Made by a program: the position numbers and the translations under genes
DNA from: Candidatus Lokiarchaeum ossiferum
GTDB taxonomy: Archaea > Asgardarchaeota > Lokiarchaeia > Sigyniarchaeales > Promethearchaeaceae
Assembly (NCBI GenBank): GCA_025839675.1
Contig: CP104013.1
Span: forward strand, 3,960,001-3,992,000
Length of the DNA stretch: 32,000 nt
Direction of reading: 5' to 3'
The notes under the pieces: model-generated
Databases searched by the model: none
What the model was told of the DNA's origin: nothing
The model's input: the letters and a program-made list of their open reading frames with translations, nothing else
Shown: positions 5,718 through 12,442 of the stretch, one piece after another
Position numbering within the stretch: the first letter of the stretch is position 1
Layout: the number at the start of each line of letters is the position of its first letter

Positions 5718-8567
5718 ATGGAAACCAACAAAGAAATACAATTGTTATCCATTATTCTATCAATTTTTCAACAGTCAGATGCACATTTGAATTTTGGTAT
5801 TCATAAGATTTTAGGAAAATTTCGATCATCACTTAAGAAAAACCTTCTTAAGACGATTGATCTCAGCTTAATCCAGAATTCTATAGAGTTTTCCTCAAAA
5901 GAAAAAGAATTGTTCTGGGATCTGTTAATCGAGTTTTTTTCCTTATATTTTCCCAAAGGAAAATTATATAATATTCCAAAAAACCTGAATAATTCGATAG
6001 CTACGGATTTTTTTTTTCAATGGGTAAATGAAGATCAATATTATTACAAGATTGATGATTTTTATTTTAATTATCAAACTATTCTTGGCGATTTCCAAGT
6101 TTCTTTTGTCACATCGAAAGTAGAACTCGAAGATGGAGGAAAAAATAAACCAAAACGATATTTTATTCCTGCTTTGATTAATTCTCCAATAACATATTCG
6201 CCTGAAAATAGATCTTTTTCAATCAATTTTGAGTATAGGTCTTTGAATGAAGCAGAAAAAGAACTCTACAGTAGAAATTATCAAGCTAAAATTAATAAAT
6301 TTCTTTTTCGCTCCTTTCAAGAAAATTTTGGATCTCAGATTTTGACAACTGAAAATTTGGATAAATTATTCGCCTGTCTTGAAGAATTTACGTCTCAAAG
6401 GTACTCTGATAGGTTCATTCATCCTCATCTTCTTAATTATTTGCATGATCAAGCAAAGTCATTTATTATTGCAAATGTTCCTTTCCCAATTGTAACAAAT
6501 TGTGAAAATGGAGATAGTTTTCGGTATAATATTCTATATCAAGGCTTTATTCTTTCCTCTAACATAATAATCGAGCAAATCTGTTCCTTAGAAACTTTAA
6601 AAAAAAAACTCTATGAAAAAAAAAAATTTATAACAAAAACAGATCTAATCGTCCCTCTGAAATCTATTCCGACGGGTTATTATCCTGAAATTTTGAATAA
6701 TAAGATGCAGCAAAGAGATTGGCTGAACTTAGTTGGTTATTCTCTTTCCTCGATTGATTCTGATAACTTTTTGAAATCTGGAGTCATTAACAATTCAATT
6801 CCTTCGAACATTCAAAACCTACCTGTGAATACCGGTCTCTATTCGGGAAAAATTAGATATTCTCTTTTAAATGCCCTTAATAAGAAGGCCTCAAATTCTC
6901 ACAATTTGCTGATCAAGGGAGAAAATTGGCAGGTTTTGAATTTATTAAAGTCAAAATTTTTTCAGAAAATTAAAACAATTTATATTGATCCTCCCTATAA
7001 TACGGGTGCAAATGATTTTGTTTATAGTGATAATTTCCAGAAAGCTAGCTGGTTAACAATGATGCAAAATCGGTTGGAGCTTTCAAAATATTTGTTAAAA
7101 TCCGATGGGATCTTATTTTCTAGTATTGGGGATCATGAACTTCCAAATTATTCCTTGTTGTTGGAAAAGCTCTTTCCAAAGCGTTTAGACAATATTGTGT
7201 GGCACAAAAAAACCCAGCCTTCATACTTATCTCAGGAACTGATTTCTGTCACTGAATATATTTTAGCAGCCAAAAAACAAAATTCTCCCCTTAAATTAAT
7301 GGGAAGTTATGGAAATAAAAATAAATTGACCGAATTAATCAATATTGGAAATTCTCCTTGTAAAAGAATTTTTCCTAAAGAAAATATTTTTATTGCAAAT
7401 GGTTGGACTGGAATTTTACAAGCAGGGACCTATGGAAAAAATAAACTCAAAGTTGAGCTTTTAAACCCACAGATATCGGTAAATGAAGGTATTCCAGATG
7501 AAGATCTTATTTTGAAAAGTCGTTTTAAATGGGTGCAAGATCGAATTAATCATGAGCTAGATATTGGAGGTCAAATTCATATAAAAAGTATTAAATCTTT
7601 GCGACCCACAATTGCACGTTTTTATGATTCCCCTATAATTAAAGCTCCTACAACTCTACTCTCAAAAAAAGTGAACGACCTCCCAACAAATACAGATGCT
7701 AACGCTGAATTAAAAGCTCTTTTTCAGACCTCCCCTTTTGATTATTCCAAACCCTCAAAATTAATAAAATATTTAGTAAGATCCTCTACCTATTTTGATA
7801 AATCTGGGATTATTCTCGATTTTTTTGCGGGTTCTGGAACAACTGCTCAATCTATTATTGAATTAAATCAAGAAGATCAAGGTTCTCGCCAATATATTTT
7901 AATCGAAAAAGAACAATATTTTGAAAGCATTATTATTCCTCGAATTCAGAAGTTGATGTATTCTTCTACTTGGAAAGATGGTAAACCAGAATCTTTAACT
8001 GGATGCCCACACATTGCCAAAACCTTTCAAATTGAGCATTTTTGTGATACATTTCGCAATATCATTTTTTCAAATGAAATCTATCCAGAATATAAAACAC
8101 CACAATCGGGAAAAAAATTTCTTAAATATGTTATAAACATGGATGATATAACTTCTTCCCTTAATCTTAACATTACAGAATTTGACGATCCCTTTAGTTA
8201 TTATATGATCTCTTCTCAAAATGGAATAATGTCTGAAGTAAATCTTGATTTGGTGGAAACCTTCAATTTTCTTCTGGGGATAGATGTAAATTCCCACGAG
8301 TATTTCGAAGAACAAAACCGTGCTTATCAAATTGTGTCGGGCACGATATTGCCTTTGAATTCATCTCAGAAGCATAATTTGGAATTGATCTTAATTATTT
8401 GGAGAACTACAAAGGATCTTGATAGAAAAAAAGAATCTCACTTTCTAACCAAAAATTATCTCACTCAGCAAAAATTTGCACAAATCTATTTTAATGGAGT
8501 CTCTACAATTCCAAATGGAAAGGTGCTGGATAAATTGTTTTTAAAATTAATGTTTGAAGACTTATGA
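5718..8567 (+). CDS. DNA methyltransferase, beta-class (N6-adenine/N4-cytosine), Type III Mod-like, with a large unassigned N-terminal region
   Basis: Motif IV is IYIDPPYNTG (DPPY at nt 6987-6998) and is followed by SWLTMMQNRLELSKYLLKSDGILFSSIGDHE, typical of Type III Mod and N4/N6 MTases. Motif I is ILDFFAGSGTTAQS (nt 7818-7844), about 275 aa downstream. The order IV...TRD...I defines the beta class. About 420 aa before motif IV and about 230 aa after motif I have no signature I recognise. Confidence 0.85.
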   Translation: METNKEIQLLSIILSIFQQSDAHLNFGIHKILGKFRSSLKKNLLKTIDLSLIQNSIEFSSKEKELFWDLLIEFFSLYFPKGKLYNIPKNLNNSIATDFFFQWVNEDQYYYKIDDFYFNYQTILGDFQVSFVTSKVELEDGGKNKPKRYFIPALINSPITYSPENRSFSINFEYRSLNEAEKELYSRNYQAKINKFLFRSFQENFGSQILTTENLDKLFACLEEFTSQRYSDRFIHPHLLNYLHDQAKSFIIANVPFPIVTNCENGDSFRYNILYQGFILSSNIIIEQICSLETLKKKLYEKKKFITKTDLIVPLKSIPTGYYPEILNNKMQQRDWLNLVGYSLSSIDSDNFLKSGVINNSIPSNIQNLPVNTGLYSGKIRYSLLNALNKKASNSHNLLIKGENWQVLNLLKSKFFQKIKTIYIDPPYNTGANDFVYSDNFQKASWLTMMQNRLELSKYLLKSDGILFSSIGDHELPNYSLLLEKLFPKRLDNIVWHKKTQPSYLSQELISVTEYILAAKKQNSPLKLMGSYGNKNKLTELINIGNSPCKRIFPKENIFIANGWTGILQAGTYGKNKLKVELLNPQISVNEGIPDEDLILKSRFKWVQDRINHELDIGGQIHIKSIKSLRPTIARFYDSPIIKAPTTLLSKKVNDLPTNTDANAELKALFQTSPFDYSKPSKLIKYLVRSSTYFDKSGIILDFFAGSGTTAQSIIELNQEDQGSRQYILIEKEQYFESIIIPRIQKLMYSSTWKDGKPESLTGCPHIAKTFQIEHFCDTFRNIIFSNEIYPEYKTPQSGKKFLKYVINMDDITSSLNLNITEFDDPFSYYMISSQNGIMSEVNLDLVETFNFLLGIDVNSHEYFEEQNRAYQIVSGTILPLNSSQKHNLELILIIWRTTKDLDRKKESHFLTKNYLTQQKFAQIYFNGVSTIPNGKVLDKLFLKLMFEDL

Positions 8568-8572
8568 AATAT

Positions 8573-9163
8573 TTATTCTAAATTTTTAAAAATAAATTGT
8601 ATTTTTTCATTCCAAAGTCCCTTCTTCTTTAAAAACGCTTGAATAAGTTCCAACTTTTTAAGATCCATTTGAGCTACTTCGAAATCTTCCTTCGTTTTAT
8701 AAAATAAAAGAAATCCGTCGGCGATTTCTTCAAAAGATGCCTTAATTCCAAGAATTTCAATAATTTTGAATGTAAAATTGTAATTTTGCCGGATTATCTC
8801 TTTGTAATTTGTTCGGTATTTGACAATCAAATATAGGTCATTCTCTTCTAGATCTTCTTCATCATAAAAATCTTTGGGGGTAGGTTTTGTGAGTACAGTT
8901 TCGAGGAGATTTGCATAATCTGAAACATTTTCCTGGATCAATTGGTAAAATTTTTCATAAATTTTTTTTTCTCCATGGTATGTGTTTTGGAAATCTCTCT
9001 CGGATTTATATTCAACAAAAATTTTCATATTTTCTCCATTTTCAATGAAATTTACTTGAGAATTGTTACCTCCCTCTGCTTTTTGCTGCAGAAATTTAAG
9101 AATTTCCTTTTTTGGGTCTTGAGAGTGAACAATACTAACTTCAATAAATGGCAGCGATTTCAC
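8573..9163 (-). CDS. hypothetical acidic cytosolic protein
   Basis: 196-aa ORF convergent with the methyltransferase gene. It has no recognisable motifs and no hydrophobic segments. It is called as coding on length and on the absence of a competing ORF. Confidence 0.5.
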   Translation of the reverse strand: MKSLPFIEVSIVHSQDPKKEILKFLQQKAEGGNNSQVNFIENGENMKIFVEYKSERDFQNTYHGEKKIYEKFYQLIQENVSDYANLLETVLTKPTPKDFYDEEDLEENDLYLIVKYRTNYKEIIRQNYNFTFKIIEILGIKASFEEIADGFLLFYKTKEDFEVAQMDLKKLELIQAFLKKKGLWNEKIQFIFKNLE

Positions 9164-9228
9164 AAGTCTTAATAAAAGAAACTTGAATAAGAAGCTTCTC
9201 TCCGGTTTATATTAAAACTTGGGAGAAA

Positions 9229-9516
9229 TTGTTATTAGTGAGGAAAAAGATAGTTACCCTAGCGATGGGTACTGGTACTGAACTAAATCGTAAAAATTTA
9301 ACGATCGATAAGAAGAATATTGTTAATTATATATCACCTGAATTACAAGAAGCATTGGAACTTGCCAAATTGGGGGATTTGCGACATTCTCAAATAATAT
9401 CTGAATTAAAAGAGAAAATTAATGCAAATTTAGTGCAAGGTGAAAATGAAAATGTGAAGTCACGCCTCAAATTGAAATTATTGCGGTATCTTTATAATAT
9501 GGAGGGGAATCTGTAA
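9229..9516 (+). CDS. small hypothetical protein, start uncertain (TTG 9229, GTG 9238 or ATG 9265)
   Basis: 95-aa ORF whose TAA stop (9514-9516) overlaps the ATG of the next gene (9516) in a TAATG arrangement, which suggests translational coupling. A GGGAG lies just upstream (9221-9225). Confidence 0.45.
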   Translation: MLLVRKKIVTLAMGTGTELNRKNLTIDKKNIVNYISPELQEALELAKLGDLRHSQIISELKEKINANLVQGENENVKSRLKLKLLRYLYNMEGNL

Positions 9517-10802
9517 TGGATGTTAAAAAGATTCAGTCTGATGTTGTAGTTGTGGGGGGTGGATTTTCTGGAATGAATATCGCACGAATTCTCTCTCAAA
9601 ATGGTTTATCGTGCAATCTTATCTCAGGTGGGTATGGAGCATCTGAATTTTGGAATGGAACTGTTGATCTTCTTAATTATCCTGGTGATAATATTGAACT
9701 CGAGTTAGCCAAATTTCAAGTTTCTATTAAAGATCATCCCTATGCTAAATTAAGTTTGAAGGACATCCAAAATTCTCTCATTGAATTTAATCGAGACTTT
9801 ACGAAGCTTAGTATTTTCCAAGAAGATGATAAGCTTGTTAATAGGCATGTCATCACACCACTGGGGACGACAAAATTATGTGTTGGTAATTGGAATTCGA
9901 TTTTTTCTACCTATAAAGATTTTACGCTCGATACGAAGTGTTTATTAATAGAGTTCGCGGAATTTCCAAATTCAACTGCTCCATTAGTTTCCCTTGGGCT
10001 AAAAGAAACTTTTCCTGGGCAATTTAATGTATTAACAATCAACCTTGCAACAGTATTTAGTTTGATGAATTCTGAATTTACTGAATATTTAGAAGAAGGA
10101 AAATTATCCGCTCTTAATTTGGCCGAATTTTTTGATGAAAAAGTTCTCCACTTAGCGCCGGTGGCCGAGATTATCAAAAAAGAATTTGAACTGCAATTTC
10201 CAGATCTTAAATTCGAGGAATTAACTCATTTTCTATTTCCTGCTGTAATGGGGTTAGAACATACGCAAACAATTTTGAACAACTTAAGTACATTTCTTAA
10301 TACTGAATGTTGGGAATTTTTAGTATTCACGCCAACCGTCCTTGCAAACCGTCTTATCAATAAAATGGAAAGAAAGCTCGAAATTGCGGGTGCAATCAAC
10401 GATCATTCCAAAATCTTAGTTGATTTGACATCTGAAGAAAGCGTTCATAAGTGGAATTGTCATATAAGAAATTCAGATGGAGAAATAACCATTCTAAATT
10501 CGAAATATGTGATTTTTGCCACGGGTTCGATTTTTCTCCATGGATTTTTTAGAGATCAACTTAAGATGGCCAATCAATTTCTTTCTTTAGGGTTAGATTT
10601 TCCTGAATCCTTGAATCCTCATTTTGAAATTATTTCATCTCATGCCAACTCAAATATTTTTGTCGTGGGTTCTGCAATATTTCATTTTTCTACGAATCTT
10701 GGGGAAGATGATGAAATTCAAGATGGTACTGGTCTTGGTATGGCAATAGCGACGAGTTTTAAGGTTGCTCAAGAAATAATTGCCAGAGAAAAGACGAATT
10801 AA
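9516..10802 (+). CDS. FAD-binding oxidoreductase of the GlpB family (anaerobic glycerol-3-phosphate dehydrogenase subunit B-like)
   Basis: The N-terminal Rossmann motif is VVVVGGGFSGMNIARILSQNGLSCNLISGGYGASEFWNGTVDLL, colinear with remembered E. coli GlpB [44 protein letters not shown]. Further colinear blocks are HPYAKL (HPYSLL), ITPLGT (ITPLGT), VIFATGSIF (AVLASGSFF) and FVVGSAI (FAIGSVL). Its length is similar to GlpB (~420 aa). Confidence 0.7.
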   Translation: MDVKKIQSDVVVVGGGFSGMNIARILSQNGLSCNLISGGYGASEFWNGTVDLLNYPGDNIELELAKFQVSIKDHPYAKLSLKDIQNSLIEFNRDFTKLSIFQEDDKLVNRHVITPLGTTKLCVGNWNSIFSTYKDFTLDTKCLLIEFAEFPNSTAPLVSLGLKETFPGQFNVLTINLATVFSLMNSEFTEYLEEGKLSALNLAEFFDEKVLHLAPVAEIIKKEFELQFPDLKFEELTHFLFPAVMGLEHTQTILNNLSTFLNTECWEFLVFTPTVLANRLINKMERKLEIAGAINDHSKILVDLTSEESVHKWNCHIRNSDGEITILNSKYVIFATGSIFLHGFFRDQLKMANQFLSLGLDFPESLNPHFEIISSHANSNIFVVGSAIFHFSTNLGEDDEIQDGTGLGMAIATSFKVAQEIIAREKTN

Positions 10803-10867
10803 CGGTTTTTTCCTATTTTTGCATTTTTATTCGATTTTTTGATTTATAACAATAAAAAATAGCTACC

Positions 10868-10875
10868 TATAAATA
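10868..10875 (+). promoter_or_regulatory. TATA-box-like element (TATAAATA) positioned to drive + strand transcription into the repeat array
   Basis: TATAAATA sits about 25-30 nt upstream of the first repeat unit (10898). Both flanking genes end here, so neither needs a promoter in this spacer. TATA-like strings are common in AT-rich DNA, so confidence is low. Confidence 0.25.
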
Positions 10876-10897
10876 CTTGAAGTGAATATATATGTTT

Positions 10898-11290
10898 GCC
10901 CAATATCAATGGAAATACGATTTACCATTTCTTGGGTGAATGTACGAAATTGAGTTTGCTTTAATAGGAATAAATGTCGGAAATTTGTTACTAAAGGAAT
11001 AAATGGTGTTGCAGCTCAATAGAATCTGTATTGGTTTGTCCGAAATTGAGTTATAGGAATAAATGTCGGAAATTTGTTACTAAAGGAATAAATGATGTAA
11101 AAACTCAATCGAAATCTGTAATTGTTTGTACGAAATTGAGTCAATTATTAATAATTTGGATGTTGTCGAGACTCAATAGAAATCTGTAATTGTTTGTAGG
11201 TCGTACGAAAATTGGGTCAGTATTAAATATGCGAAAATGAAGTTGGAACCCAATCGAAATCTGTAAGGAATTTAGTTGGTACCCATTTGT
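10898..11290 (+). repeat. array of five related units with inverted-repeat ends (ACTCAAT...ATTGAGT hairpins), plus an embedded 46-nt direct repeat
   Basis: The units are: 10898-10955 (degenerate); 11014-11051 (gCTCAATagaatctgtattggtttgtccgaaATTGAGt); 11103-11141 (ACTCAATcgaaatctgtaattgtttgtacgaaATTGAGT); 11171-11217 (ACTCAAT...ATTGGGT, a G-U-compatible change); and 11248-~11290 (ACCCAAT..., degenerate). The 46-nt direct repeat ataggaataaatgtcggaaatttgttactaaaggaataaatgRtgt occurs at 10964-11009 and 11053-11098 with one mismatch and an 89-nt period. Confidence 0.8.
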
Positions 11291-11309
11291 AATCGCTTTA
11301 TTCGGCGAA

Positions 11310-11357
11310 CCCTATGAGACGTCGTACTCTTTGAGGCGGCGTCGAGGGATTTTTTTT
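11310..11357 (+). terminator. GC-rich stem-loop followed by T8 (candidate + strand terminator / 3' end structure)
   Basis: CCCT(11310-13)...AGGG(11345-48) and GACGTCG(11318-24)/CGGCGTC(11337-43, one G-U pair) form a two-tier stem. TTTTTTTT follows at 11350-11357. On the minus strand the tract reads A8, so the structure is oriented for a + strand transcript. It is by far the most GC-rich patch in this spacer. Confidence 0.45.
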
Positions 11358-11367
11358 ATTCTTTACT

Positions 11368-12363
11368 TCATTCTATAGAAAATTTATAATCTATCCAAGG
11401 AAGATTCTTTTCTAACATTGGTTTCCATGCTGCTACTGCTTGCTGAGACCAATCATCCTCTTCTATGGATAATTCATAAACTAAAGTGCAAAATAAGCTA
11501 ATATGGCGTAATTGAACAAATTTTGAGATTCTCTCTAACCATACATCACCAGTTGGATTAACTTCCAGATAACCTTTGATAAAAGCAGGATAAAATTCCT
11601 GAATCACTTGATTTCGGCTCTTTTCTGCTGTAGAAAAGCGCCAAGCTACATGAAAGAGCACTATCGCCATATCGGAAATGAACCAATCGTATTGGCAATC
11701 ATCAAAATCAATTACTGTTAAATTGCCTCCGTTGATAAATAGGTTTGCATCATGGAGATCAAAGTGTACTAACCCAAAAGTATCCTCATTTTGAGGGAAT
11801 GAACGAATTTCTTCTATCAATTGAATAGCATTTGTTAGAATTATTGGATGATCTTTTAAAATCTCCCTAATATTTCGAAGTACATGTTCTTGATCCCACG
11901 TTTGTCTTCGAACTTCAGGTGGTTGCATTGGATATTGTTTGGTTGCTAAGTGCATTTTTGCAAGGGTTTTTCCCCACAAATATTTGACCTCATCTGTCAA
12001 TAACTCTGGACAATCTCCAATGATGCATCCTTCTAGTTTTTCAAATAAAACTGCGTAGAACGCGGAATTACTTAATTGGTATTTAACAATAAAATCTCCA
12101 TTATTTGCCGTAACGGGAACACATGTTGGGATATTTTGAGTTTGAAGAAAATTAATCCAATTGATTTCAGCAGTAATTTCTTCTTTAGATCTATAGGAAC
12201 TGTGAGAAATTCGGAGAATGAAGGAGTTTTGATCTCGTTCTGCTTCATAAATAAAATTTTCAGTCGTTTCCATTTCAGTTATTTTTTCAAAAGGGATTCT
12301 ATATTCTTGTGCGATTTTTCTAAGAACTTCCACTGTTAAATACTTTTCAATTCCAACTTTCAT
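11368..12363 (-). CDS. phosphotransferase of the APH / choline-kinase-like (protein-kinase-like fold) family
   Basis: The catalytic loop LVHFDLHDANLFI (HxDxxxxN) and the metal-binding VIDFDD motif are separated by the usual ~15 aa. The 331-aa size is typical. Confidence 0.8.
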   Translation of the reverse strand: MKVGIEKYLTVEVLRKIAQEYRIPFEKITEMETTENFIYEAERDQNSFILRISHSSYRSKEEITAEINWINFLQTQNIPTCVPVTANNGDFIVKYQLSNSAFYAVLFEKLEGCIIGDCPELLTDEVKYLWGKTLAKMHLATKQYPMQPPEVRRQTWDQEHVLRNIREILKDHPIILTNAIQLIEEIRSFPQNEDTFGLVHFDLHDANLFINGGNLTVIDFDDCQYDWFISDMAIVLFHVAWRFSTAEKSRNQVIQEFYPAFIKGYLEVNPTGDVWLERISKFVQLRHISLFCTLVYELSIEEDDWSQQAVAAWKPMLEKNLPWIDYKFSIE

Positions 12364-12442
12364 CTGAATATCTCTTATTAGTGTTATATTCTGTCAAAAG
12401 TTTCTTAACTTAAATATTTATTTAAAAGAAGAAGAAAAAAAA

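Noticed and set aside
10898-11290. Possible CRISPR array: roughly 38-47-nt partly palindromic repeats, two of the spacers being unique 29-30-mers.
   Set aside because: Repeat copies differ by indels and substitutions far more than CRISPR repeats within one array normally do. Spacer lengths range from 29 to 58 nt, and two of the spacers are the same 46-nt sequence. No cas genes or leader-like region lie within the 32 kb. It is retained as a generic hairpin-repeat or ncRNA candidate instead.
11296-11350. GC-rich patch considered as a tRNA gene. The same was checked for 19530-19600, which has a GTTCAA-AA-TTGAAC inverted repeat at 19581-19594.
   Set aside because: Neither region can be folded into a cloverleaf. 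There is no acceptor stem pairing with a 3' end, no GTTCRANYC T-loop in a 5-bp stem, and no D-arm. The 19581-19594 element is only a 6-bp-arm inverted repeat in an AT-rich promoter region.
10803-11367. Possible replication origin, given repeated elements in a long AT-rich spacer and a RecJ/Cdc45-like gene in the same window.
   Set aside because: No orc1/cdc6 gene lies adjacent. The repeats are all in direct orientation rather than inverted around an unwinding element, and they do not resemble ORB or mini-ORB sequences I know. The GAN gene is 16 kb away. This is not excluded, but the sequence gives it no support.
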